64,000 bases of DNA from a virus (Duplodnaviria; Heunggongvirae; Uroviricota; Caudoviricetes). Position numbers and translations under genes: made by a program. Below are positions 46,369 to 55,856 of this stretch, piece by piece. The stretch's first letter is position 1; each line of letters starts with the position of its first letter. The stretch lies in the IMG/VR virus record IMGVR_UViG_3300031088_000776, one strand, 5' to 3'. A model generated the notes under the pieces. It did not search any database. It saw only the letters and a program-made list of their open reading frames with translations, and was not told the DNA's origin.

Positions 46369-49145
46369 TGAAAGAAATTGATCTATGGGCTGGGGAGCCG
46401 TTACTCCCTACAATGGAAGAACCAAAAAGAGAAGAAATAGACTTAAACTCTATCATGGGAAACTCTGATGATTTTGATCTTGACTTTGATGATGTTCTTG
46501 ATAACAGCTCCCCAGACTTTGGGTCAAATGATTACATTCTAGAAATAAAAGATCGTGATATTTACCTTCACAGTAAAACACAAATCACATCTCGAGATAT
46601 TCTAGGTATTCGAGGCACTAAAGAAGTTGAATTAAAGGATTCTTACCGTTACGACATTTATAACAATCAATTCTCCTCTTATGCCTTAAAACACTATCTT
46701 GCCGGAGAGAAACTATCTATCTCAAATGAAGATCTCAAAAAGATTGAAGAAGCTGCAGAAAAAGTACCTACGCCAAGAGTAAGCATTACTGAAGATCGTA
46801 AGCACGCTCATATCAATATCTTCAATCATGAAGTCTACGTAAATCTTTTAAATAAGGTTAATGGTTACCCTTTAAGGAACACTCCAGCATACCGCTTTAA
46901 CATATCTAGACTTCTAGATTTTGAGGCTATGGCAGCTAATCTTGAAACTAAGATGCCGCCAATTTTCTTCGAGAAAGAGGCGTTAGAGGTAAATAGAGAA
47001 CCAATCGTAGGGTTCGATGGAACTATTGAGTCGCTTAAAGATATTTCTGTTGGTGCTCTTAATGTTGTAGCGGCAAATACTCAGTCAAACCGAAATGCTC
47101 AAAAATCTTCTAAAACACTTGAAGAAAAAATGGCAGCATTCGGGATAACGACACTACATGATCTAATGTTCTGGCTACCTAAACGGTATATTGACAAGTC
47201 AAAACCTCAAGACATTAGCGATCTAATTGAAGGTGAATCTTCAACAATTATCGGTAAAGTAAAGTCTGCTAACGATATGCCTAAAAATATGGGTGTAGCG
47301 TTTGTTATTGAGACTGCTTCAGGCCAAAAAATCGAATCAATCTTCTGGCGTCAAACTTGGTTAAAGAATAAGTTCAAAGAAGGTTCAGAGGTAATGCTTA
47401 CTGGTAAACTTTCTTTCTATCGCCGTCCAGGACAAAAGCCTAAGCCTCAATTTGGCGGATCGTCTATCGAGTTCTCTGAAGAAGCTTCAATTCTTCCAAT
47501 TGTCCCTATTTATCGTCAGTCTGAAGCAAAAGGAATTACTACAGCCTTCCTAATGGCTGCTAGCCGCGAGCTTCTTTCACGAATTAAAGGCTTAAAACTT
47601 CCAGTATATCTTCGCCAAGAGGATCGAGTAGACTATCATACTGCACTTACTGAGTTGCATTTCCCTAGTTCTATCGAGAACCATAAGGAAGCTGTAGCCT
47701 CTCTAGCTTACTACGAGTTAGTTCACATGCAATTAATCATGCAAGAAGCTAAAGAAAAGTCTACTGACAGAACTGGGATAGAGCAAGAAGCTACGCCAAG
47801 AAAGCTTCAGGCTCGAGCAATAAAGACTCTACCATTTGAATTGACTAAATCTCAAAAGAGAGCTGTAGTTCAAATGAATAAGAATATTTCCGGAAGTACT
47901 CCAAGCTCAACCCTACTGAGTGCGGATGTTGGATCGGGGAAAACGCTCGTTGCACAACTTTCTGCTCTTAAGTCAGTTGATGCTGGCTATCAAGCTATAT
48001 TACTAGGCCCTACAGACATCCTCGCTCGTCAGCTTTACGCAACCTTAGAGAAGCTTGTTGAAAACATTAAGAAAACTGGTGTTGAAGTAAACATATGCTA
48101 TCTTTCAGGCGGTATGAAAGTCCGAGAAAAGAAACCTTTATTGAAGTCTATTGCTGAAGGTGAAATAGATATCATCGTTGGAACTCACTCGGTTATCAGC
48201 GATTCAATGAAGTATAAGAATCTAGGTTTTGTCGCTATTGACGAACAGCAAAAGTTTGGTGCAAGCCAAAGAACTAACATTCTTAATAGTAGAGAAGACG
48301 GTAGAATTCCAGACTTACTAATGATGTCCGCGACTCCGATCCCTAGAACTACAGCACAGGCTTACTACGGCGATATGGATATTATTGAGCTTAAAGAGAA
48401 GCCACCAGGAAGACTACCAATCATCACTGAATGGATTGAAGAGGATCCAGTTGAGTTCACAGAACAATTAGTGAATAAAGTATGGTCAGACGTAAGAGCT
48501 GAGGCTGCAGCGGGGAATCAGACTTTCGTTATTACACCTATGGTTAACGAATCGGATAAGATTGATGCAGCGTCTGTTGAAAGAACATTCAAGAATCTTA
48601 CTGAAACAAGTCTGCCAGACTTGCGGATCGGCTTCGCTCACGGGCAAATGAAGCCTGATGAGCAACGTCAAGCAATGCAAGACTTCAGGGATAAAAAATT
48701 TGATGTACTTGTAGCTTCGACAGTAGTAGAAGTCGGTGTAGATATCCCAGATGCTACAGTTGTAGTTGTCTTGTCTGCTGAAAGACTTGGCGCCTCAAGT
48801 AGCCACCAAATTAGAGGGCGTGTAGGACGTAACTCTAAACAATCTAAATGCTATTTAGTATCTTTAGGTAAGACTGAGAATAGTCGCACTAGACTTCAAG
48901 CTCTAGTTGATAATACTGATGGGTTTGAAATCGCTAAAGTTGACTTGAAAGTACGCGGTGAAGGTCAAATGTTCGGAACGGAGCAATCAGGAAGATCAGA
49001 AATGATTTTCGCAAGTCTTCTTGAACATGGGAACAGAATTGCTGAAGCAAGAGACGAGGCAAAGAGAATCTTAAGATCAGGATTCAAGGATAAAGCACTT
49101 GAAGATAGTAGAAGAAAATTTGAAGCAGATGAGAGGTTATTCTAA
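46368..49145 (+). CDS. RecG-like SF2 DNA helicase with a long N-terminal extension
   Basis: VGSGKT, DEQQKFG, MSATPIPRT and QIRGRVGR are the RecG/Mfd helicase motifs. Confidence 0.8.
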   Translation: MKEIDLWAGEPLLPTMEEPKREEIDLNSIMGNSDDFDLDFDDVLDNSSPDFGSNDYILEIKDRDIYLHSKTQITSRDILGIRGTKEVELKDSYRYDIYNNQFSSYALKHYLAGEKLSISNEDLKKIEEAAEKVPTPRVSITEDRKHAHINIFNHEVYVNLLNKVNGYPLRNTPAYRFNISRLLDFEAMAANLETKMPPIFFEKEALEVNREPIVGFDGTIESLKDISVGALNVVAANTQSNRNAQKSSKTLEEKMAAFGITTLHDLMFWLPKRYIDKSKPQDISDLIEGESSTIIGKVKSANDMPKNMGVAFVIETASGQKIESIFWRQTWLKNKFKEGSEVMLTGKLSFYRRPGQKPKPQFGGSSIEFSEEASILPIVPIYRQSEAKGITTAFLMAASRELLSRIKGLKLPVYLRQEDRVDYHTALTELHFPSSIENHKEAVASLAYYELVHMQLIMQEAKEKSTDRTGIEQEATPRKLQARAIKTLPFELTKSQKRAVVQMNKNISGSTPSSTLLSADVGSGKTLVAQLSALKSVDAGYQAILLGPTDILARQLYATLEKLVENIKKTGVEVNICYLSGGMKVREKKPLLKSIAEGEIDIIVGTHSVISDSMKYKNLGFVAIDEQQKFGASQRTNILNSREDGRIPDLLMMSATPIPRTTAQAYYGDMDIIELKEKPPGRLPIITEWIEEDPVEFTEQLVNKVWSDVRAEAAAGNQTFVITPMVNESDKIDAASVERTFKNLTETSLPDLRIGFAHGQMKPDEQRQAMQDFRDKKFDVLVASTVVEVGVDIPDATVVVVLSAERLGASSSHQIRGRVGRNSKQSKCYLVSLGKTENSRTRLQALVDNTDGFEIAKVDLKVRGEGQMFGTEQSGRSEMIFASLLEHGNRIAEARDEAKRILRSGFKDKALEDSRRKFEADERLF

Positions 49146-49705
49146 TGCTTTTTCGTAAAAGTTTAGTAAGAATTCGAAAAGAGTATAACACTAATAAGAA
49201 GAACCTCTTCATATACTCTTCCGTTATATCAGCGTTTTTTATTGCAGTAAGTTTTCTTGTTGACGCATTTGTGCCTTTCGATAATCTATGGAATATCTTA
49301 AGAACTGTAATACTAATCCCTACTTCTGCTTCATTATTTGTACTATTCTATAGCGTCGGACTCATTAGACATTATAGTTTACTACAAAATGATCCCGAGT
49401 GGAAGCCTTTTAGAATGAGGGTCTCACCTTCTTGGAGAAGAAGAATTTCAGCAATTGTAGCGGCTATTGGATTTATTGCTGTATATGCTAACGGTTACCG
49501 AATTGGATACACCCTTGTTTCTTCTCTCTTCGTCGTTCTCATTATAGCTTTATTTGCTTACATGCGAACAACTAGGGATGAAGCACAAAGAGAAGAGTTC
49601 AATATTCCAGATCCGCGCGATACGCAATACGATTCTTTCAAAAAGCAAATGGAAGACAAGCGTTATCAGAAGTCTCTACAAAAGAAGAGAGACAAGAAGG
49701 AATAA
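49145..49705 (+). CDS. membrane protein
   Basis: Four TM helices. The start overlaps the recG-like stop. Confidence 0.5.
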   Translation: MLFRKSLVRIRKEYNTNKKNLFIYSSVISAFFIAVSFLVDAFVPFDNLWNILRTVILIPTSASLFVLFYSVGLIRHYSLLQNDPEWKPFRMRVSPSWRRRISAIVAAIGFIAVYANGYRIGYTLVSSLFVVLIIALFAYMRTTRDEAQREEFNIPDPRDTQYDSFKKQMEDKRYQKSLQKKRDKKE

Positions 49706-50216
49706 TATTCTAAGGATTCTTATTTTTAGGTGTAGACGGTTATTGTAGTGCTTTTAATTTCTGTCTACATCTAAAATATTCCTCAAAAAATAAACATAAC
49801 ATTTACTCTATAGGCTGATAGAAAGAGTCAAGCAGTTTAGATAAATACACATGAAAACCTATTGAAATGATAAGGCAAAAATATTCTAAAAATTTTAATA
49901 GATGACCCAAAAACTACAGAATAAGAACATGAATGAATGTCTCTTGCACGATTAGCAGGGGGCTGATTTTAGTCTCAACTGATAAAAAGTCTATTAGAAT
50001 AATAAAATTTTAGAATACCCAAAAACAACCTACTTCACCTTCTAATTAAGGTCTACGTTGGTACAATACAAATCAATAGCAAAAGATAGCTCTAAAAATA
50101 GAATTAGCAAAATTCTTTAATAGAACAAAGGTGTAGCGTTAGTCAAAAGATTAAAGCAGCTATCAAAGCATAAACAAAAACTTGAATAAATCATAAAAGA
50201 TACAGGAGAAAAATCC

Positions 50217-52388
50217 ATGCAGGAAACACAGTACAAATGGTACGAGGCTCCACAGGGAGTCAAGCAAAGCGACTACACCAGCCTAAATGCTCAATTGAAT
50301 CTTGTTGGCGAAAATAAGATCAACTTCGAAGCAGACAAAGAGGCTGCACGTCAATACATCATCAACGAGATCAACCACAACATGGTCTACTTCCTAAATC
50401 TTCGTGAAAAGCTAGAGCACCTAGTTGACAACGGATACTATGAAGAAGAAACCATCGAGCAGTACACTTTCGACTTCGTTAAAAGCTTGTTCAAGAGAGC
50501 CTACAATAAAGAATACCGCTTCCAATCATTCATGGGAGCATACAAATTCTATACTTCATACGCTATGAAGACCTTCGACGGTAAGCGCTACCTAGAACGC
50601 TACGAAGATCGCGTCACTATGACTGCTCTTTATCTAGCGTGCGGTGACGAAGCCCTTGCTGAAAGTATTCTTGATGAAATTATGAGCGGTCGCTTCCAGC
50701 CAGCTACACCTACCTTCTTAAACGCAGGTAAAGCACAGCGTGGAGAGCTAGTTTCATGCTTCCTACTTCGAGTTGAAGACAACATGGAGTCAATCTCTCG
50801 AGCAGTTAACTCTTCACTACAGCTATCAAAGCGCGGCGGCGGTGTAGCATTAAACCTTACTAACCTCCGCGGAAAAGGTGCTCCAATCAAAATGATTGAG
50901 AACCAATCTTCAGGTGTTGTCCCAGTAATGAAAATGCTTGAAGATGCTTTCAGCTACGCAAACCAGCTAGGAGCTCGACAGGGCGCAGGAGCTGCTTACT
51001 TAAATGTCCACCACCCAGACATTAATCAATTCCTAGATACTAAGCGCGAGAATGCTGACGAGAAAATCCGAATTAAGACTCTATCTCTAGGTGTTGTTAT
51101 CCCAGATATCACCTTCGAGCTCTCAAAGCGTAATGAAGATATGTACCTATTCTCTCCATACGATGTTGAGAAAGTCTACGGCGTTCCAATGTCAGACATT
51201 TCCATCACTGAAAAGTACTACGAAATGGTTGATGATCCACGAATCACTAAGACTAAGACTAACGCTCGCGAACTATTCAAGACTCTTGCTGAAATTCAGT
51301 TCGAATCAGGTTACCCATACCTAATGTTCGAAGATACTGTAAACCGTGAAAACCCAATTCAAGGTCGAATCTCTATGAGCAACCTATGCTCAGAAATTCT
51401 GCAAGTTTCAGAGCCGTCAACTTACAAGGAAAATCTAGACTACGACACAATCGGCAAAGATATTTCTTGCAACCTCGGATCAATGAACATTGCTATGGCT
51501 TTCGACGGCCCAGACTTCGAAAAGACTATTGACGTTGCTGTTAATGCCCTATCAACAGTTTCTGATCTATCCAACATTGCATCAGTACCATCAATTGAAT
51601 CAGGCAACAACCGCTCACACGCTATCGGTCTTGGACAAATGAATCTCCACGGATTCCTTGCTCGTGAAGAAATCATGTACGACTCTAAAGAGGCTGTAGA
51701 CTTTACCAACATCTACTTCTACTCAGTTCTTTACCACGCTCTAAAAGCATCAAACAAAATCGCTATCAAACGCGGTGAAACTTTCGACAACTTCGAAAAT
51801 TCTAAATATGCTAACGGTGAAGCACTACGTAAGTACATTGAAAAAGACTGGTCCACTCCGGAAACAGAAAAGGTTAAAGAACTATTCACTAGAACTTCAA
51901 TCTACATTCCGACTCCAGAGGACTGGGTGAAGCTTTCCGAAAGTATTCAAAAACACGGTATCTACAACCAGAACTTGCTTGCAGTACCGCCTACCGGTTC
52001 GATCAGCTACATCAACAACTCTACTTCGAGTATCCACCCTGTAGCAGCACCGATTGAAATTAGAAAGGAAGGCAAGCTAGGCAGAGTTTACTATCCAGCT
52101 CCATTCATGAACAACGATAACATCAAGTACTACAAAGATGCTTACATGATTGGTTATGAAGCGATCATCGACGTCTATGCTGCTGCAACGCAACATACGG
52201 ATCAAGGACTAAGCTTGACCTTATTCTTCATGAGTGACGTTAGCACTCGAGATATTAATAAGGCTCAGATTCTAGCTTGGCGTAAAGGGATAAAGACACT
52301 GTATTACATTCGACTACGCCAGAAAGCCTTGGAGGGTACAGAGTCTGAAGGAAACGCTGCAGAGTTCTGCGAATCTTGCATGCTTTAA
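50217..52388 (+). CDS. nrdE: ribonucleoside-diphosphate reductase alpha subunit, class Ib (NrdE-like)
   Basis: N-terminal YTSLNAQLN, the catalytic region SNLCSEI, and C-terminal cysteines CESC. Confidence 0.9.
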   Translation: MQETQYKWYEAPQGVKQSDYTSLNAQLNLVGENKINFEADKEAARQYIINEINHNMVYFLNLREKLEHLVDNGYYEEETIEQYTFDFVKSLFKRAYNKEYRFQSFMGAYKFYTSYAMKTFDGKRYLERYEDRVTMTALYLACGDEALAESILDEIMSGRFQPATPTFLNAGKAQRGELVSCFLLRVEDNMESISRAVNSSLQLSKRGGGVALNLTNLRGKGAPIKMIENQSSGVVPVMKMLEDAFSYANQLGARQGAGAAYLNVHHPDINQFLDTKRENADEKIRIKTLSLGVVIPDITFELSKRNEDMYLFSPYDVEKVYGVPMSDISITEKYYEMVDDPRITKTKTNARELFKTLAEIQFESGYPYLMFEDTVNRENPIQGRISMSNLCSEILQVSEPSTYKENLDYDTIGKDISCNLGSMNIAMAFDGPDFEKTIDVAVNALSTVSDLSNIASVPSIESGNNRSHAIGLGQMNLHGFLAREEIMYDSKEAVDFTNIYFYSVLYHALKASNKIAIKRGETFDNFENSKYANGEALRKYIEKDWSTPETEKVKELFTRTSIYIPTPEDWVKLSESIQKHGIYNQNLLAVPPTGSISYINNSTSSIHPVAAPIEIRKEGKLGRVYYPAPFMNNDNIKYYKDAYMIGYEAIIDVYAAATQHTDQGLSLTLFFMSDVSTRDINKAQILAWRKGIKTLYYIRLRQKALEGTESEGNAAEFCESCML

Positions 52389-52404
52389 TAATTAAATAAT
52401 AGTT

Positions 52405-52457
52405 AATAGGGACACGATTGAAATATTACAAATTCATCGTGTCCCTATTGCTCTTTT
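52405..52457 (+). terminator. intrinsic terminator
   Basis: aatagggacacgat ... atcgtgtccctatt, then gctctttt. Confidence 0.8.
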
Positions 52458-52491
52458 AGTAAGTATTTTTAGTCTTAGTAGCGCTGTTTTT
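52451..52491. repeat. left 41-bp terminal inverted repeat of the 52451-54067 cassette
   Basis: ctcttttagtaagtatttttagtcttagtagcgctgttttt. Its reverse complement occurs at 54027-54067 with 41 of 41 identities. Confidence 0.85.
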
Positions 52492-52640
52492 AGACAGTAT
52501 TTTCTTCCTTAGGGTATAGTCATACAGTAGACAGTATTTCACTGCAAAACTGCATAGAAACAGTAAAAGACCACCTAGTTTGCCGTGATATTCTCGGGTC
52601 TAACTAGGTGGTCTTAGTAGCGCAGTTTCTACTCGATCTA
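52470..52640 (+). repeat. family A composite repeat, copy A4 (loop inverted relative to A1-A3)
   Basis: ttagggtatagtcatacagtagacag ... gaccacctagtt tgccgtgatattctcgggtct aactaggtggtc ttagtagcgcagttt. Confidence 0.8.
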
Positions 52641-52724
52641 GAAAACAGCAAAATTATCAATCTAAAATAACTTTCAGTACAATCTTGATAAATACTATAT
52701 GATTACGAAAGAAAGTTTCAAATA

Positions 52725-53786
52725 ATGTCTAAGAAAGTCCTAAGGGGAGTCACAGATCTATCCTCACAAAAACCAGACGTAGCAAAAGATTGGGATTATT
52801 CTAAAAATTCTAAAACTCCAGGTGAAGTGTCTCAATACTCTAATAAGACAGCATGGTGGGTTTGCAATGAGCTTCACTCATGGGAGTCTGTTATTGCGAA
52901 TAGATCTAAAGGTTCGGGATGCCCCGAATGCGCTAAAACTACTCGCGGTGAAAATATTAGTAAAGCTAAAAATATTAGTAATAAGCCATTATATGGTCAT
53001 AAAGAGCTTAAGAAAGAATTCTGCATAGTTAATTCTTACAATCCATACATTAAAGGAAATTCATATCAATCAAAAGTTCTATGGATATGCTCGGAATGTT
53101 CAAAAAGTTGGGTTGCTAAGATTAGCAAAAGAATTAAAGGTAGTGGTTGCCCAAATTGCTGGAAGTTAAACAAAGGTAAAGAATATGTTAAATCAATAGT
53201 TAGATCTAAAGGTTCACTATTCTACACTAATCCAGAAGTTCAAGAATATTGGGACTACGAGAAGAATAAGTTACATAAAATTTATCCAGAAAAGTTTTCA
53301 GCAGGGTCTCACTCTTACGCCTATTGGTTTTGCCCAAAATGCAAGCATTCATGGAGGGCAATAATAAAAAGTGTCGCAATCAAGGGTTCAAGATGTTCTA
53401 AGTGCATGAGTAAAACATCTAAAGGGGAAGAAGAATTATTTAATTTCGTTAGAAGTCTTTATAAAGACGCAATCAAGAATGATAGGAAAATTGTCAATCC
53501 TAAAGAATTAGATATTTATATTCCTAGCAAGAAAGTAGCAATAGAGTACAACGGTGAATATTGGCACTCTAATGAAGTTATGTCTGTTAGAATAAACAGA
53601 ATTTCTGAAGAATATCACAGAGAGAAGATACAGATTTGTGAGGCATATGGAATTGATTTACTTTTTGTCTGGGAGGATGATTGGCTTAGGAATAAAGACA
53701 CAGTTAAAGAATTAATTATAAGATACTTTGATAATAGACAAAAGAACAGCATATTTAAAAGACTTATTTCTAATAGAGATCTATAG
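52725..53786 (+). CDS. zinc-ribbon repeats (at least five) plus a Vsr/DUF559-like endonuclease domain, paralog 3
   Basis: WWVCNELHSW..GSGCPECAK, WICSECSKSW..GSGCPNCWK and WFCPKCKHSW..GSRCSKCMSK. The C-terminus is ELDIYIPSKKVAIEYNGEYWHS..LLFVWEDDW. Confidence 0.6.
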   Translation: MSKKVLRGVTDLSSQKPDVAKDWDYSKNSKTPGEVSQYSNKTAWWVCNELHSWESVIANRSKGSGCPECAKTTRGENISKAKNISNKPLYGHKELKKEFCIVNSYNPYIKGNSYQSKVLWICSECSKSWVAKISKRIKGSGCPNCWKLNKGKEYVKSIVRSKGSLFYTNPEVQEYWDYEKNKLHKIYPEKFSAGSHSYAYWFCPKCKHSWRAIIKSVAIKGSRCSKCMSKTSKGEEELFNFVRSLYKDAIKNDRKIVNPKELDIYIPSKKVAIEYNGEYWHSNEVMSVRINRISEEYHREKIQICEAYGIDLLFVWEDDWLRNKDTVKELIIRYFDNRQKNSIFKRLISNRDL

Positions 53787-53790
53787 AGGT

Positions 53791-54000
53791 ATGATGGAGT
53801 CAGCGAGAATTGGTTTTATATATACTATAAGACATTTTGAGAAAATTCTTTATGTAAGTCAAACTGTCAATCCTGATAAAAGAATTGATTCTCATAAGAG
53901 AAAGCTTTATCGTGGAGACCATAAGCTTGAGTCTCTTCAACATCTTTTTATCGTATTAAGAATTCATAAAGAGTATATTCTGCTAAAAATCCTAGATTGA
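53791..54000 (+). CDS. small GIY-YIG nuclease-like protein (UPF0213/YhbQ-like)
   Basis: MMESARIGFIYTIRHFEKILYVSQTVNPDKRIDSHKRKLYRG parallels E. coli YhbQ ([39 protein letters not shown]). It lies inside the inverted-repeat-bounded cassette. Confidence 0.45.
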   Translation: MMESARIGFIYTIRHFEKILYVSQTVNPDKRIDSHKRKLYRGDHKLESLQHLFIVLRIHKEYILLKILD

Positions 54001-54026
54001 TAATTTTGCTTTTTTAGAATTCGAGT

Positions 54027-54067
54027 AAAAACAGCGCTACTAAGACTAAAAATACTTACTAAAAGAG
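54027..54067. repeat. right 41-bp terminal inverted repeat
   Basis: aaaaacagcgctactaagactaaaaatacttactaaaagag, the exact reverse complement of 52451-52491. Confidence 0.85.
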
Positions 54068-54117
54068 TAATAGTAAACTTGGTAAAATTACAAAAACTGA
54101 AGTTGTAAGGAGCCATT

Positions 54118-55608
54118 TTGCCAAGCAAAACAATAGAAAGAATCTGTTCTTTAGGTCATAAATATCCAAGTTATAAAAATATGAGATTAAGATGTCCCTA
54201 TTGTAACAATAAGAAACTTCTTAAAGGTTTTAATGACCTAAAGACTAAAAGACCAGACTTGGTTTTAGATTGGGGCAACAATAACAAAAAGAGTGTTAAG
54301 GATATAACTATAACATCAGATTATGAGGCCGAGTGGATTTGTCATAAATGCAAACATTGTTGGGTAACTGCTGTTCGCAATAGATCAAACAATAACAATT
54401 GCGTCTCCTGTGAAGACAAAAATTCAGGTAAAGAAAATAGTTTTCATTCTAATAGAGAAAATTTTAAGAAGCTATGGAGCGAGAAGTTAAATGGAGAGCT
54501 ACCTGTATATTTACCTAAATCCTCTTTAAGCATTTACTGGTTCACATGCGGTCAATTTGATCATGAATACCAAGCAACTGTGAAGTCTACTTTTAAAACA
54601 AAATTCAATTGCCAAGTCTGTTCTGGGAATGTTTTTAAAGTGGGGGTTAACGACGCTGAGAGTCTCTATCCTGAGTTAATTAGCAAATGGAGTTCAAGAA
54701 ATGACTTGAAACTTTCTGAAGTAAACCCAAAGTCAACTAAAGAGTATCTTTGGGTTTGTCAAGAGAACCATGAGTCTTTTAAAACTGTTCCAAGAGTGCT
54801 TTCTAAGCCTAATTGCAAGTATTGTCTAAAGAAGGATATAGAACTAGAGGATTCGATCTTATCTACGCATCCAGAATTAGCAAAGAATTGGTCTTCATTA
54901 AATTCTAAAAAATCTTCAGAAATTTCTTCAGGCTCAGGGTATACTGCAGTTTGGAATTGCACTGAGGAGGATCATTCGTTTAAGAGGATTGTCCATAGGT
55001 ATATCAGCAGTAACAACTCTTGCCCTATCTGTAAAGGACATAAACTTCTTAAAGGGTTTAACGATGTTTCTACTGTCTGGCCACAACTGAATGATTTACT
55101 TTCAGAAAGAAATGAGAATCAAAATATTCTTTCTGAAATAACTTTTAAGTTCTCTACCAAGCTTTACTGGACTTGTAAAAGGGGTCATGAAACTTATTGT
55201 TCAGCATATCAAAGAGCTAACTTTTCATGTGGTAAATGCACTAGCAGTAAGGGTGAAGACGAGTTAAATGACTTCGTTAACAGCCTTAAGTTAGATTCTA
55301 TTCAAGGCTGCAAAACCTTAATTAATCCTTTTGAAATAGATATCTATATTCCAAAATTGAATATTGCTTTAGAGTTTAATGGAGACTATTGGCATTCAGA
55401 TGAGATTGTTGCTGGTAAGAGTCGTTTTAAGACTGCTGAAGAATACCACTCATATAAAAAGCTTCTTTGTCGGGAAAAGAATATTGACCTGTACTTCATC
55501 TGGGAGAGCGATTGGATAGATAATCAAAGTGAAGTCAAAAGCTCTTTGAAAAGACTTCTCGAAGGAAATAAATCGGACCCTATTCTAGAAAAGTTATCGA
55601 ACTCTTAA
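54118..55608 (+). CDS. zinc-ribbon repeats (at least seven) plus a Vsr/DUF559-like endonuclease domain, paralog 4
   Basis: Multiple W.C..H/CxxC ribbons. The C-terminus is EIDIYIPKLNIALEFNGDYWHS..DLYFIWESDW. AAGGAG RBS plus TTG start. Confidence 0.6.
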   Translation: MPSKTIERICSLGHKYPSYKNMRLRCPYCNNKKLLKGFNDLKTKRPDLVLDWGNNNKKSVKDITITSDYEAEWICHKCKHCWVTAVRNRSNNNNCVSCEDKNSGKENSFHSNRENFKKLWSEKLNGELPVYLPKSSLSIYWFTCGQFDHEYQATVKSTFKTKFNCQVCSGNVFKVGVNDAESLYPELISKWSSRNDLKLSEVNPKSTKEYLWVCQENHESFKTVPRVLSKPNCKYCLKKDIELEDSILSTHPELAKNWSSLNSKKSSEISSGSGYTAVWNCTEEDHSFKRIVHRYISSNNSCPICKGHKLLKGFNDVSTVWPQLNDLLSERNENQNILSEITFKFSTKLYWTCKRGHETYCSAYQRANFSCGKCTSSKGEDELNDFVNSLKLDSIQGCKTLINPFEIDIYIPKLNIALEFNGDYWHSDEIVAGKSRFKTAEEYHSYKKLLCREKNIDLYFIWESDWIDNQSEVKSSLKRLLEGNKSDPILEKLSNS

Positions 55609-55635
55609 ATAGCGTTTAATATTGACTGAGAAATC

Positions 55636-55750
55636 ATGCTCAACAGTCAGTAAACCGGGTTCTCTCAGTAGCATAGCGAAGAGACGAACAAATACCAACC
55701 TAAAACTAGCTACTGCGAGACTGTCTGGTGCCGCTGTTTAGATCATATTA
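55636..55750 (+). repeat. family B repeat, copy B3
   Basis: caacagtcagtaaaccgggttctctcagtagcatagcgaag ... aaaactagctactgcgagactgtctggtgccgctgtttag. Confidence 0.75.
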
Positions 55751-55782
55751 AAAATTTCACTAAAGTCAACCTAAAAGATAAT

Positions 55783-55828
55783 AACCCGCGAAGCGCATTC
55801 TATGGAGGAGTATAGCGCTTCGCGGGTT
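55783..55828. terminator. bidirectional GC-rich terminator
   Basis: aacccgcgaagcgc ... gcgcttcgcgggtt, with an A/T run on both sides. Confidence 0.8.
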
Positions 55829-55856
55829 AAAGTTTATTTAATTTTATTTAAGAATT

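Noticed and set aside
53728-53790. ORF-track start at 53728 for the GIY-YIG minigene
   Set aside because: That start is a TTG inside the preceding gene. The ATG at 53791/53794 right after the upstream stop gives a product (MMESARIGFIY...) that matches the length of YhbQ-like proteins.
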